64,000 nt of DNA from an uncultured virus (IMG/VR IMGVR_UViG_3300037963_005433) (IMGVR_UViG_3300037963_005433:1-64000); one strand, 5' to 3'. Positions 1-10,199 are shown, numbered from the stretch's first letter. Notes: generated by a model from the sequence alone, not told the origin. A program made the numbers and translations.

Positions 1-666
1 TTTTATTGGCGGTATAACCATCCTCTAGCCATTGCAGAAAAAGCGGTTGAACAAGCAGTTCCCCAGCTGGCTGATGTAAAAAGTCCTGTAAAACGTGCGG
101 CACTGACGGGGGGAATCGGGGGAGTTACCGCAGCATCTTTAGGTACGTTTGATATAACAAACCCAGGGGAGTTGTTCCGTCCCAAAGGTTACGCTCAAAC
201 CTATGCGGAAAAGGGTTCAGAAGATCGGCGTCAGACTGCTGAACCAGGTATGGAACTGTTTGATCGACTCTTCTTAGGTCGCCGTGGACGCCCTCTGAAG
301 TATGAAACAGCAAAGGCCGATATTCCCAGCCTGACACCGGAGCGTTATGGTAAAGCAATGCGGAGCCAGTACCAGGATCGTGGAGTCCTTGGCCTGGGCC
401 TATTGAAAGCAACAGATGAAAACCTACAAGGGGAACCTGAAGTTAAAGTTGTCGGTTTTCCCGTTGGTCTACAAGCTGTCGGTGCTGGTGTAGGAGGCGC
501 AACTGCTTTACGTCAGGGTTTAAGCCGTGGGCTCAGAACTCGGGCTGCTGCTCCCGTAGCTCTTGCAGGAGCTGTTGGTGGTGCAACTGTTGGCAAACTG
601 GTTAACTTAGGTATTGCTAGCGCACGTAATAATCCTGAAAAACTTCCATCTACTCTTGAGTATTGA
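1..666 (+). CDS. 5'-truncated Gly/Ala-rich protein, putative internal virion/ejection protein
   Basis: The frame of ORF 172..666 is open back to base 1; glycine-zipper-like segments (AVGAGVGG, LAGAVGGATVG). Confidence 0.6.
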   Translation, partial: FYWRYNHPLAIAEKAVEQAVPQLADVKSPVKRAALTGGIGGVTAASLGTFDITNPGELFRPKGYAQTYAEKGSEDRRQTAEPGMELFDRLFLGRRGRPLKYETAKADIPSLTPERYGKAMRSQYQDRGVLGLGLLKATDENLQGEPEVKVVGFPVGLQAVGAGVGGATALRQGLSRGLRTRAAAPVALAGAVGGATVGKLVNLGIASARNNPEKLPSTLEY

Positions 667-702
667 GGCTGATAAAATTAAAGTATTAAATAGGCGATAG
701 AA

Positions 703-1440
703 ATGGCGACCGAACGCATACCACAAGGGGGTGCCTTAGCTAGATATAATCCTGTCATGGCAGCCGCAGGATATGCGACTAATCCCGCATTTACATATCA
801 GCAGCTCCTAAACAACCAACCTGCTATTAAAGCAGCCTTAGGTAAAGCAGCCCGTGGGGGCGGTCGTTTTGCGGGAGCATATGCCCCTCTTATCGGAGGT
901 GCCATGGAGCTGGCGGAAGGAGATGTTTTAGGGGCAGTTGGAAGTACTGGAGGCGGTTATTTAGGTGCATTAGTTGGTCAAACCCTAATTCCGATTCCTG
1001 GCGTAGGTGCTGGAATTGGTGCAATTGCAGGCTCAATGCTTGGGAGCGGTCTTGCAGACGCTTCAAAAGGTTTGATGCCTGACTTAGAAATCGCTGGCAT
1101 AGCGATCGGTGAACGTGCCAAACGCCGTAAGGAATCTGCTTACCAACGAAGTGAAACAGAGAAAGATCTTAAACTTCAACAACGTTTACAAGGAGAGTAT
1201 TTAACTGGTACTCTTGCACCTTTCCTTGATCAGCAACGTCGGCAACAAGTTACTGCTCAGCAGTCATTACTGAATACACAAGGCGCTATCTACCAGAAGC
1301 TTGCACGTACCGCTGGTAATTATCAATTAGCTGGTCAGGGTATTCAGGCTAATACTCGTTTAACTGAAGCAGCTTTAACGCAAAATCCATATGCAGGCTC
1401 TGTTATTTCCGCACCTAACATTACCTTCGGGAGGGGTTGA
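703..1440 (+). CDS. Glycine-zipper/Gln-rich protein, putative ejection (DNA pilot-like) protein
   Basis: GAVGSTGGGYLGALVGQTLIPIPGVGAGIGAIAG followed by a Q-rich coil; TAAAAT at 673-678. Confidence 0.6.
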   Translation: MATERIPQGGALARYNPVMAAAGYATNPAFTYQQLLNNQPAIKAALGKAARGGGRFAGAYAPLIGGAMELAEGDVLGAVGSTGGGYLGALVGQTLIPIPGVGAGIGAIAGSMLGSGLADASKGLMPDLEIAGIAIGERAKRRKESAYQRSETEKDLKLQQRLQGEYLTGTLAPFLDQQRRQQVTAQQSLLNTQGAIYQKLARTAGNYQLAGQGIQANTRLTEAALTQNPYAGSVISAPNITFGRG

Positions 1441-2078
1441 TTATGGCGTATTCTTTTTCTGAACGTCGCGCAGCTCGCGGTTCTGGCTACTCTAGTTACA
1501 CACCACCAATCCCTGGTACGCAAACAGGAAACGCAGGTGCTGTACAGCCAACTCCTCAACAACAATTCAGGAGTCTTTTGCGGCCTGAGTTGCAAGGTGA
1601 TTTTGATCGCTTTGTTCTTCAAGGCGGCGATTTTAAAAAGTATGACATAAATGAAGCTTTAAATCGTTTTAATACTCAACGAACAGCTGATCAAACTTTT
1701 ACAGCTAATCAACCAGAGCCAGAAGTAACCACTACTCCTGAAAAATATAATGCAGACCGAGATCTTAATAACTTAATAAGAGAGCTAATTAGTCCTGAGT
1801 CACAACAACAGCGGGCTCAATCTGCTTTTGATCTTCAAAAACAGTTAATGGACTACGGCCAAGAAAAAGGCAAGGAGTCCGCCAAGCTTGCTTTCCAATA
1901 TGAAATGATGGGTCGTATCCCCGACACCATTGCGAATGCCCTGGCAGGCTCTGGGCAACTGATGAGAGAAGGTGCAAAGGATATCTCCAATACCGTAATG
2001 CGTGGTGTTGAAGCATTACCTAAGCCGAACATTCAAGCGCGTACTTATCAGAACCCTACCTTTAGGTATTTCCAATAG
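1437..2078 (+). CDS. Hypothetical protein, putative internal virion protein
   Basis: 213-aa ORF coupled to the upstream gene; the ATG at 1443 is the likely start. Confidence 0.6.
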   Translation: MIMAYSFSERRAARGSGYSSYTPPIPGTQTGNAGAVQPTPQQQFRSLLRPELQGDFDRFVLQGGDFKKYDINEALNRFNTQRTADQTFTANQPEPEVTTTPEKYNADRDLNNLIRELISPESQQQRAQSAFDLQKQLMDYGQEKGKESAKLAFQYEMMGRIPDTIANALAGSGQLMREGAKDISNTVMRGVEALPKPNIQARTYQNPTFRYFQ

Positions 2079-2097
2079 GGTGCAGTAAACTAAAGCC

Positions 2098-2691
2098 ATG
2101 GCAGGAACTTCAACAATACCAATTTTTGGTTTAGCTGGCGGAGGCTATATTTCCTCAGCTGGCGAAATGGTATCTCCAGGCGGAAGTTTAGCTTCTTCAG
2201 ATAGTTCAGGAGGCGCAAGTAAAGGAATGGATCCCTTAACAGCTGGCTTAGGTTTTGCCAATCTTGGTGCAAGTATTTTCGGCGGTATGTCCGCACGGAG
2301 AACCCAGGCCAATATTGCTAACGCTCAAATGGCAGCGGCAGCGGATCAACTGAAGAATCAAATTCAGATGACCCGCGATATGTCCAAATTCCGGGAGGCC
2401 AGTAATATTGGTAACCGGGTTTTTGGTGCAACAACTGGAGCTGATCTTGAGTTCGAACGCCAAAGGAAAGGAGCGCTTTTTGAACAGGGTCCTTTGCGTG
2501 GTTTGAAGCTGGCTGGGGATATGGCTGAACGAAAAGCTATTCTTGGACTCGCTGGCTCTGAAGAAGCTAAAGCATTATCTCGTCGTCAAAATAAAGAGCA
2601 GCTAAAACGAACCCTTGCAGAGAAACAGGGAAGTATGATGGGTATGTTCGGTCGGATTGCGCCGGTTGACGTAGACAGTTTATTTGTTTGA
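2098..2691 (+). CDS. Gly/Ala-rich protein, putative internal virion protein
   Basis: DPLTAGLGFANLGASIFGG segment; TAAACT at 2086-2091 suggests a near-leaderless transcript. Confidence 0.6.
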   Translation: MAGTSTIPIFGLAGGGYISSAGEMVSPGGSLASSDSSGGASKGMDPLTAGLGFANLGASIFGGMSARRTQANIANAQMAAAADQLKNQIQMTRDMSKFREASNIGNRVFGATTGADLEFERQRKGALFEQGPLRGLKLAGDMAERKAILGLAGSEEAKALSRRQNKEQLKRTLAEKQGSMMGMFGRIAPVDVDSLFV

Positions 2692-2701
2692 GGCATAAAC
2701 C

Positions 2702-3589
2702 ATGGGCGGCGGCACAAGCGTAAAGTACGAGGCACCGAAGATTGAAAAGGATGATAGTTTTGAAAAGTATCTGCAATATCAGATAGACCGCGATGAAAAG
2801 GCGGCAGAGCGTGCCGATGCCGAAACAAAGGCAGCTAAGGACGCAGAAGATGCCAGAAAAGCTGCAGGTGTATCTGGTTACGATGCTTATGCTTCTAACA
2901 TCCAGAGCCAACTCGGCGCTGGTTTAATTAGTTTTAACGATGCACAGAGCAGATTAGAAGGTTATCGTTCTAAATATGATATGGTCCCTGGCAAAAAGGG
3001 ACAAGAATTATCTGATTATTACGTTAATCAATTACTTCCCGGACGCCGTGAGACCGGCACAAAAGCTGCCTATGAAGAAGTTTTAGGACGCGCAGCAACT
3101 ACAGACGAGCTGGCAAAAGCTAAAGAACGTTTTGGTACGGGTTACTACAGCAGTGTCAAAGATTTAAAAGACTCTCTGTATAAAGGCCAGGAGTACCAGA
3201 AGAAGTTTAATAAGAGCTACTTAGAGAATTATTACGATACGGAGTTCGGCAAACAAACGACTGACGCAAAGGGAGAGCGTACTGGAAAACGTACGTTCCA
3301 ATTTGATAAGAGTTTGTTGCCCAAGTACAGCGGCAACCTTCAAGGACGCACAGGCATTACTACTCCAGATTTCAAGGATTCCTTTGTTGGAACTCCTGCA
3401 GAGATTAAAGAGCAATTACAGAAGGTCCGTGATACCCGTCAATATCTGTACAGCGCAGGTCTGACCAATCTGCAAGGTGAGATCAACAAAGAAACCACCA
3501 AGCTTAAGAACGAAGGTCAGAAGGAGCTTCAGAAGATTAAAGAACAAGGAGGCCTTTACAGATCCCTGGTTGGCAGCTTTAGTTTTTAA
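2702..3589 (+). CDS. Hypothetical coiled-coil protein, putative virion protein
   Basis: 295-aa ORF with GAGG SD upstream. Confidence 0.65.
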   Translation: MGGGTSVKYEAPKIEKDDSFEKYLQYQIDRDEKAAERADAETKAAKDAEDARKAAGVSGYDAYASNIQSQLGAGLISFNDAQSRLEGYRSKYDMVPGKKGQELSDYYVNQLLPGRRETGTKAAYEEVLGRAATTDELAKAKERFGTGYYSSVKDLKDSLYKGQEYQKKFNKSYLENYYDTEFGKQTTDAKGERTGKRTFQFDKSLLPKYSGNLQGRTGITTPDFKDSFVGTPAEIKEQLQKVRDTRQYLYSAGLTNLQGEINKETTKLKNEGQKELQKIKEQGGLYRSLVGSFSF

Positions 3590-3634
3590 ATATTCACTTG
3601 GTATAATTAATTCAGTTCCGACTCTTATAAGGAA

Positions 3635-3808
3635 ATGACAACTCCTACAGGACAAGCCAATACCGACGATTATTTCGACATTCAAAAATTCGAGGATCTT
3701 CTGTCCCGTTTGGAAGCTTCTAAAGGCCGTCAACAGCGCCAGAAGTCTCTTGAAGGACGTCGTGACATCTTCGCCACCGGCCTGGCTGGCATGATGGGCA
3801 ACTTCTGA
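3635..3808 (+). CDS. 57-aa protein MTTPTGQANTDDYFDIQKF... (not in ORF track)
   Basis: Read by hand; AAGGA before the ATG, TATAAT at 3602-3607; N-terminus resembles the next gene. Confidence 0.7.
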   Translation: MTTPTGQANTDDYFDIQKFEDLLSRLEASKGRQQRQKSLEGRRDIFATGLAGMMGNF

Positions 3809-3834
3809 TAATTTCTTCTAGGATTTAATAAGTC

Positions 3835-4083
3835 ATGACTAGCAGCGTACCCGCCGGACAAACCGATGCCGATGATTGGTTTGATCTAGATAAGTACAAG
3901 AAAGCTGCTGGCGTGGCTTACGAATTTTCCAAAAAGAAAATGGAGACTGCCGGTGAGCAAGAACGAGAAACCATCGGTAAAGGCGCAAGCGAAAGCCGTG
4001 AATCAGCGGCACAACAGCAGCGATTCCGCCAGGAAGACGAAAAGCGGGACTACGATCAGGCCCAACGAGCTTATCGATATTGA
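3835..4083 (+). CDS. 82-aa charged protein
   Basis: N-terminus PAGQTDADDWFDLDKY resembles 3635..3808. Confidence 0.7.
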   Translation: MTSSVPAGQTDADDWFDLDKYKKAAGVAYEFSKKKMETAGEQERETIGKGASESRESAAQQQRFRQEDEKRDYDQAQRAYRY

Positions 4084-4570
4084 GTTATTCGACACTTGGG
4101 TCGATAACTTAGACGCCGCCACTCAGGAATCGTTTACTGCTTTTTGCTCAGATAACTATTCAGTTATTGAGATCTATTTGTATGCCAGATTTCTTGGCTA
4201 CAAAGGCAGTATTCAGCCTTGTGATCTCTGGGTCAAAGACAACTACAAGAAACCGGATCACCGGAAGAAACTTCTGTACGAAATCGACGAGATGCAGGAG
4301 GACATCCGTAAACTGCGTGAAGACGTAGAAAACGGTGTTGTCAAACGTGATGCCGGTGTTGCACGTGTTGCTTCCATGCAGAAAGAACTTCGTGGTCACA
4401 TTGACCAGGTAGAGAAGTTTACAAGCACCCGCGACAGAAAAGGGTTATTGATGGCAGGTGCAGACCGTGCTATCCGTGAACTGATGTTTATTTTTAAAGA
4501 CGACCCAATCGAGATTCCGTTGGAAGAAGCAACGATGAGCGTATGGGCAAGAATGCAACTGGAAGAATAG
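3953..4570 (+). CDS. Helical protein, candidate terminase small subunit
   Basis: GTG start with GGAG upstream; helical/coiled-coil protein upstream of TerL. The function is a positional guess. Confidence 0.45.
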   Translation: MSKNEKPSVKAQAKAVNQRHNSSDSARKTKSGTTIRPNELIDIELFDTWVDNLDAATQESFTAFCSDNYSVIEIYLYARFLGYKGSIQPCDLWVKDNYKKPDHRKKLLYEIDEMQEDIRKLREDVENGVVKRDAGVARVASMQKELRGHIDQVEKFTSTRDRKGLLMAGADRAIRELMFIFKDDPIEIPLEEATMSVWARMQLEE

Positions 4571-4624
4571 GTCAATTAAAATAAGTTCATACGCAGAGCA
4601 CTATAAGTGCGACAGTAATTAAAA

Positions 4625-4789
4625 ATGGCTAAGAAGAAAATGCCGCCTCAGCTTCTTGAGTACTTCAAGAAGAAAGAAGCCAAAAAAGAAGACGGCTCTG
4701 AGATGAGCGACAAGGAGAAGCGTAAAGCCGCCTTGGAAAAAGCCCGTAAATATAAAGAGCAAAAAGGTAAAAAAGAAGATAAAAAGTAA
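4625..4789 (+). CDS. 54-aa Lys-rich protein MAKKKMPPQLLEYFKKKEAKK... (not in ORF track)
   Basis: Read by hand; fills the intergenic gap; TAAAAT at 4577-4582. Confidence 0.7.
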   Translation: MAKKKMPPQLLEYFKKKEAKKEDGSEMSDKEKRKAALEKARKYKEQKGKKEDKK

Positions 4790-4791
4790 AA

Positions 4792-6807
4792 ATGGCTATC
4801 CAAAGTGAGCTTCTTTACCGTGAAGATTTACCCGTTAATCTTCGTATCAGTGGGTTAAGGGATAAAATCAAGACGCCTGAAGATTACAACCAGGTCTTGG
4901 ATGCTTTGTTAAAGAACACCTCTGCTGATCTTGAATACACGGCAAGAGAAGCTGAGGCTCAAAGACAGGAATATTTAGCCTCTCCCATTGGTCAAAAATA
5001 TCCAGATGCACCCCCATCCGCTAGTAGCATACAGTACCCTGAGGTTAGGGCTCAACGGGCTGCCGAATATAAAAATTACGTCACAAATCAATTAAAAGAA
5101 GCAGGTATTGATCGTCCACAGCCTTCTCCAAACAATCCGGCACGTAACCTCAAACCAGTTACTTCCCAACCGCCTCAAGTACCTTTAAAGCCTTCTTATA
5201 GTTCTATTGAGGTAGCCACTCCTAAAGAAACTAAATCCGATTCTCCACTTTTAGAGGATATTCCAGATCTTGGATTAGAGCAGATGCCTTCTCTGCTCCA
5301 AGATGATGCAAGGCCCGCCGATCCGGCATCAAAACTTACGCCACCTGAAAGTTACCTTTCAGATTACGTAGCTAATTTAGGCAAGGGGGAAACTCCTTCT
5401 GACGGGACACTGCTTGCCGGTCCCGGTTACATCGATGAAGACGATGCGTTCGATAACCCGTATTACACCAGCCCTGTACCTGATCTTGATGATGATTCTG
5501 ATTTTCCTGATTTAGGGGATTTAGACCTAGCCCAGGCAAAAGATTCAGACTTAGACCAGGCACTCGAGTACACAGAATCAAACTTCCAAAAGCTGTTAAA
5601 TCAGCAAGGTCAGCCAGGCCAGCAAGAAACTCTTATTGCATCTGCTCTTCCTTTAAATCTGTTAAATCCGTCAGGTCAGCAAGAAACTGCTCTTGCATCT
5701 GCTCCTCCTTTAATGCCCCCCGCACTTCAAGCTGCCGGTGCCAAGGACGACTCTTATCCCCCTGGTGCAAAAGATTTAGACCTAGCCCAGGTAACAGAAG
5801 CAAACTTCCAAAAGCTGTTAAATCAGCCAGGCCAGCAAGGTCAGCAAAGTCAGCAAGGCCAGCAAGAAACTGCTTTCGCACCTGCTCTTCCTTTCATACC
5901 ACCTGCAGTTAAAGCTCTCGGCGCTGCTGCTGGCGCTACAGGGTTATTAGGCGCGTCTGGAGCCTTAGATAATTTAGGACAAAATCTTCAAGATCTGGTG
6001 ACACCTAATGCAAATATTCAGGAAGCACAGCCTGCTGACAATGTCATGGGTATTTTTGGCTTAGGAAAACCAAAACCTGGCACCCCTTCAAAAGTGCGCT
6101 ATCCAACCAAAAGCCCAGAAGACAAATTACTAGAGGATCTTGATAAAGCAGATGAAGCTTTGCGAAGACAGCCTAGAGACACTGTCCCCCAAGGGGCAGA
6201 AGGTAAAAAAAGATTTCCTATAGGTGATCAAGCTTCTGCTTTCCCAGGTCCTTTAAATCAGTTCCCCGGAAAAGATGATTTCGAACAAAGGATTGCTGCT
6301 TTCCGAAAAAGTTTAGGTGACAAAAAACCTGACTTCGAAGAAAAGATTGCTACTTTCCGTGAAAGTTTTAATAACGAAGAACCAAGGGTTACTACTTTCC
6401 GGGAAAGTTTTGGCACCAGAAATCCAGAGATGGAACAAAGGCTTGCTGCTCTCCGGCAAAGAAGAGATACCGCAAAACAAGATATCGAGGGAAGGAGAGA
6501 TAGCATAAGACAAGATATCCAACAAAGGATTGCTTCTTTCCGGGACGGTTTACTTGCCCAAGCAAAAAGTGAAAGCCCTAAAACCCGACGCGGCCCCCGA
6601 GGCGAAAGAGCTACCTTCTCTCCTGTAGAAAGAAGACGTCCTGATGATAAACCTTTTGCACGGCAAGAGAGAAAACCAGCGAAGGAAGAGACACGTCAGA
6701 CTTTTGATGTTCAGGAGAAACGTCTTGCTAGAGCATCTAGGGATGACTATCGAAGAAGACAAGCTGATCCTATTGACCCCATGAGAAGAGGCGCAATATT
6801 CGGCTAG
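4792..6807 (+). CDS. 671-aa low-complexity repeat protein
   Basis: Internal repeats DLDLAQ..TE(S/A)NFQKLLNQ, GQQET..A and EQRIAAFR. Confidence 0.7.
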   Translation: MAIQSELLYREDLPVNLRISGLRDKIKTPEDYNQVLDALLKNTSADLEYTAREAEAQRQEYLASPIGQKYPDAPPSASSIQYPEVRAQRAAEYKNYVTNQLKEAGIDRPQPSPNNPARNLKPVTSQPPQVPLKPSYSSIEVATPKETKSDSPLLEDIPDLGLEQMPSLLQDDARPADPASKLTPPESYLSDYVANLGKGETPSDGTLLAGPGYIDEDDAFDNPYYTSPVPDLDDDSDFPDLGDLDLAQAKDSDLDQALEYTESNFQKLLNQQGQPGQQETLIASALPLNLLNPSGQQETALASAPPLMPPALQAAGAKDDSYPPGAKDLDLAQVTEANFQKLLNQPGQQGQQSQQGQQETAFAPALPFIPPAVKALGAAAGATGLLGASGALDNLGQNLQDLVTPNANIQEAQPADNVMGIFGLGKPKPGTPSKVRYPTKSPEDKLLEDLDKADEALRRQPRDTVPQGAEGKKRFPIGDQASAFPGPLNQFPGKDDFEQRIAAFRKSLGDKKPDFEEKIATFRESFNNEEPRVTTFRESFGTRNPEMEQRLAALRQRRDTAKQDIEGRRDSIRQDIQQRIASFRDGLLAQAKSESPKTRRGPRGERATFSPVERRRPDDKPFARQERKPAKEETRQTFDVQEKRLARASRDDYRRRQADPIDPMRRGAIFG

Positions 6808-6835
6808 TATTTAACAATACGTTGTTTTAAATACC

Positions 6836-8362
6836 GTGCCAAGTTATACCCATCTTGCTTACAGAAGGAATGCAAAGGCTGCGGCACGCAATCAACAAAT
6901 CAAGAAGCCAAAGAACGCGGAACTTTTAAAAAAAGCCCGTGAAGACTTTGGCTTTTTCTGTGAGTATGTAGCAGATAAACCGCCTGCAGAACATCATCAG
7001 CATTGGCATCGTCACTTTGTCACGGACCAAGATAGTTCCTGTCTGATTAAGATTGCTGGCCCTAACGTTGATCTTCTTGCTCCACGAGGTTCTGCCAAAT
7101 CAACGGTCTTAGGCCTTCTTACAGCCTGGGCCATAGGTATTCACACACACGAAAAATTACCTCTACAGATCCTGTATTTGTCCTATACCGTGGACATTGC
7201 AAGATCTAAGTCAGCAACAATTAAACGGATCATTGAAAGCAAGCGATACCAAGAAGTATTTCCATCTGTACGTCTTCTTAAAAACGTAACAAGTAACGAA
7301 TACTGGTCGATTGACCATAAGTTTGCAGGTATCGATACCACAGGTGAAGAACAGTTCACACTTTGCGCCGCTGGATTGAAGGGTTCAGTGACATCAAAGC
7401 GTTCTCACTTGGTAATGATTGATGACGCTATTAAATCAGCAGCGGATATTGCCAACCCTGACATCAGGAAACAGATGCAGGAAAACTGGAATGCGGTTAT
7501 TGCACCAACGATGTTTGAAGGTGCCCGGGCTATCTGCTTAGGAACGCGCTTCAGACATGACGACATCCACTCGACAACATTTAACGAACAAAACAACTGG
7601 AGTCAAATTGTTCTATCGGCCATTCTTAATGATCCTGAAACAGGAGATGAAAAGTCCTATTGGCCGGAGATGTGGTCTTTGGATTACCTAAAGGAAAAGA
7701 AACGACAGGCACCGATTGCATTCTCGTTTCAATACATGAATCAGGTCGTCAGACAGAACGAACTGTCATTGGCACCAGAACTAATTGTTAAGGCAGAGAT
7801 CTCTACCGAGTTTGACACCTTGGGTGTAGGTGTGGACCTTTCAGCAGGAACTAAAGAGAAAAACGATTACACCGTCATGGTCTTAGGCGGACGCATTGGT
7901 GATCGCATTCACATCATTGATTACAGGCGAATCAGGGTTATGGGTAATCTTGAAAAGCTTGACGCAATGAAAGAACTTCTCAATGATTGGTCGATCATCG
8001 GCATTGATGAAAACAAAAACTACTACCCAACTTTCTCGACCTGTGATATTTGGTCTGAAGCTGTGCAGTACCAGGCGTCATTAGAAGCTGACTTCAAGCG
8101 GGTCTGCCTCAATAACGAGGGTCTCTACAACCTCATTTGGCATCCCGTAAAAGGTTTCCGTGCAGATAAGCTTGCACGGTTCCGTGGCATCATGGGAATG
8201 TTTGAAGACCGGAAGATCATTTTTAACCGTTACCGGAACTTCACAAATCTCTTCGAGGAACTCACGAATTTCGGCGTTAGTAGCCATGACGATTGTGTGG
8301 ATGCGTTGGTTTGGCTTGTTAATGGTCTAGCTAGAAAAGGGCAGTTGCACCTCGATTACTAA
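6836..8362 (+). CDS. terL: Terminase large subunit
   Basis: Walker A LLAPRGSAKST, Walker B LVMIDD, GTR motif, RNase H-like GVDL and HDDCVDA. Confidence 0.93.
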   Translation: MPSYTHLAYRRNAKAAARNQQIKKPKNAELLKKAREDFGFFCEYVADKPPAEHHQHWHRHFVTDQDSSCLIKIAGPNVDLLAPRGSAKSTVLGLLTAWAIGIHTHEKLPLQILYLSYTVDIARSKSATIKRIIESKRYQEVFPSVRLLKNVTSNEYWSIDHKFAGIDTTGEEQFTLCAAGLKGSVTSKRSHLVMIDDAIKSAADIANPDIRKQMQENWNAVIAPTMFEGARAICLGTRFRHDDIHSTTFNEQNNWSQIVLSAILNDPETGDEKSYWPEMWSLDYLKEKKRQAPIAFSFQYMNQVVRQNELSLAPELIVKAEISTEFDTLGVGVDLSAGTKEKNDYTVMVLGGRIGDRIHIIDYRRIRVMGNLEKLDAMKELLNDWSIIGIDENKNYYPTFSTCDIWSEAVQYQASLEADFKRVCLNNEGLYNLIWHPVKGFRADKLARFRGIMGMFEDRKIIFNRYRNFTNLFEELTNFGVSSHDDCVDALVWLVNGLARKGQLHLDY

Positions 8363-8390
8363 GCGTAGAATTAAAAAAAAGATTGGTCCA

Positions 8391-8684
8391 GTGGGTCCAG
8401 AGTATATTGCTGCGTTTGCAACCTTGATTGTATCTGCCTTTACAGGCGGTGGCTGGGTTGCAAGCAAGATTATTGATCGGCAAAAAGAGCGGATCCAACA
8501 ATCTTTCGACTACATCAGTTCACAAAAAAACAGGATCGACATGTTGGAAGATCAGGTCAATCGCATGCCGTTAGATTACGTGCTGAAGGTGGATTTTCTC
8601 AGAGAAATCCAGGACATGCACGAAAACTTTCGACAAATTAACAATAAGCTTGATAAGCTTATGGAAAAGATATTTGAGAAATGA
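8391..8684 (+). CDS. Protein with N-terminal TM helix and coiled coil
   Basis: YIAAFATLIVSAFTGGGWV then heptads; TAGAAT at 8366-8371. Confidence 0.65.
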   Translation: MGPEYIAAFATLIVSAFTGGGWVASKIIDRQKERIQQSFDYISSQKNRIDMLEDQVNRMPLDYVLKVDFLREIQDMHENFRQINNKLDKLMEKIFEK

Positions 8685-8863
8685 GTTACATTTTGGAGAT
8701 CGAAGAAGATCAGAACGGTGATCAGTACGTTACTTTCCCTGAAGACATCTTGGAAGAACTAGGTTGGTTAGAGGGCGATCTCCTCGAATGGAACATGAAA
8801 GGAGAAGGAATCACTCTTACCAAACTGAATAACCCATCGGGTTACGAAGTTATAGAAGAGTAA
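8681..8863 (+). CDS. AbrB/MazE-like DNA-binding protein
   Basis: YVTFPEDILEELGWLEGDLLEW pattern. Confidence 0.7.
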   Translation: MSYILEIEEDQNGDQYVTFPEDILEELGWLEGDLLEWNMKGEGITLTKLNNPSGYEVIEE

Positions 8864-8888
8864 AATAAAAAGATCGAGCGGATAGATT

Positions 8889-9227
8889 ATGTATTACGCA
8901 GGCCAGTCTGGTATTGCAGGAGCTGTAGGAAACCTGGCTGGAGTCAGCTTCCCTATTAACGAAAGTTCCAGAACTCGACAAATTCGTGGTATTCGTAATT
9001 TGCAAGAAGGTGCTGCAGGCGCAGAAAAAGAAGCCGCAGAACAGATGTTGCGTAGATTGGGCGGTCCACAACTGCCAACTGTGATGTCCCCTGGTTCCAG
9101 TAATCTGCCCGGTGCTGTAGGCAACATGCAAGGTGTCGCCAATGCAGGTCTATACGGCGGGCCTCAGTTCAACCAGCCGGGGAACGTAAGTCTTCCTAAT
9201 GGTTTCGTCAACAAGATGGTTTCCTGA
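8889..9227 (+). CDS. Gly-rich hypothetical protein
   Basis: GAVGN repeated; TAAAAT at 8861-8866. Confidence 0.6.
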   Translation: MYYAGQSGIAGAVGNLAGVSFPINESSRTRQIRGIRNLQEGAAGAEKEAAEQMLRRLGGPQLPTVMSPGSSNLPGAVGNMQGVANAGLYGGPQFNQPGNVSLPNGFVNKMVS

Positions 9228-9514
9228 TGGCACAAGACGACTCAAAATATACAAAGCCTGGTCTGCGCGAAAGTATTAAAAAGCGCATCACGGCTGGCTC
9301 CAAGGGCGGCAAACCTGGTCAGTGGTCTGCTCGAAAAGCCCAGATGGTTGCCGCCGAATATAAAAAGAAAGGCGGTGGTTATAAAGGCGGTGAAGGTAAG
9401 AAACAGAAAGACTTGAAGAAGTGGGGTAAGGAAAAGTGGATGACAAAAGACGAATATGAAAAACGTAAAAAAGCCCGTGGTGCAGCCAAAAAGTACAAGG
9501 ACAGCAAAAAATGA
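9227..9514 (+). CDS. Basic protein, N-terminal half of a DUF5872-like protein
   Basis: YTKPGLRE..GSKGGKPGQWSARKAQ..EYKKKGGGY motif. Confidence 0.75.
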   Translation: MAQDDSKYTKPGLRESIKKRITAGSKGGKPGQWSARKAQMVAAEYKKKGGGYKGGEGKKQKDLKKWGKEKWMTKDEYEKRKKARGAAKKYKDSKK

Positions 9515-10194
9515 TTAACTTTCAGAATTTATTAAATAGCGCAAGCACCAAGGCTCAAGGCTTTGTCATGGCAGGTCAAGAAGCTCTACCTGCTCTTTTT
9601 GGAGGCTTGATTGGAAAAGACAGAGTGGATACATCTGTTGATCCACGAATGGGACAAGGTTTGATTGATGCCTACCGGAGGGCACAGAAACGTGGCTCTG
9701 ACGTTGTTGAGTATAAAGACTATGATATGTCTACCCCAGGGGGGATCGGTGCTAAATATACTTTTGGCACAGTAGGAAAAGATAATCTTAGGTTTGATCA
9801 ATCCGGTAACGTAGTGGGTATTCGGGGTGAAAGATATGATACAGATAAAACTCCGATGCAGGCATTGCAGGAAGGTAAAGCGCGTTTAGAAGGAGGTGAT
9901 ATTACCGCTGGTATTTATAAACCATTTGAAGCATTACTTTCTGCGGTGCAGGGCAGAGGACTGACCACGCATAATGTTGATTTTCAACAACCAGTTGCAC
10001 CTAAACCCGCTACTCCTGTAAATTCTTCTGCACCAAGTCTGTCACCTACACCACCAGGAGCGTACACGGTCAAATCGGGAGATACTCTGTCAGCTATTGC
10101 AAGTCGTTTAGGCACGACAGTAGAAGAACTTGCACGTAAAAACCAGATTGGCAACGTTAATCAAATTCAAATCGGACAGCAAATACGGAGGTAA
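9511..10194 (+). CDS. LysM-domain protein
   Basis: C-terminal YTVKSGDTLSAIASRLGTTVEELARKNQI..IQIGQQI after a Pro-rich linker. Confidence 0.88.
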   Translation: MINFQNLLNSASTKAQGFVMAGQEALPALFGGLIGKDRVDTSVDPRMGQGLIDAYRRAQKRGSDVVEYKDYDMSTPGGIGAKYTFGTVGKDNLRFDQSGNVVGIRGERYDTDKTPMQALQEGKARLEGGDITAGIYKPFEALLSAVQGRGLTTHNVDFQQPVAPKPATPVNSSAPSLSPTPPGAYTVKSGDTLSAIASRLGTTVEELARKNQIGNVNQIQIGQQIRR

Positions 10195-10199
10195 TATTA

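Noticed and set aside
5500..6560. Direct repeats that might be a CRISPR array
   Set aside because: In-frame coding repeats, irregularly spaced and degenerate.
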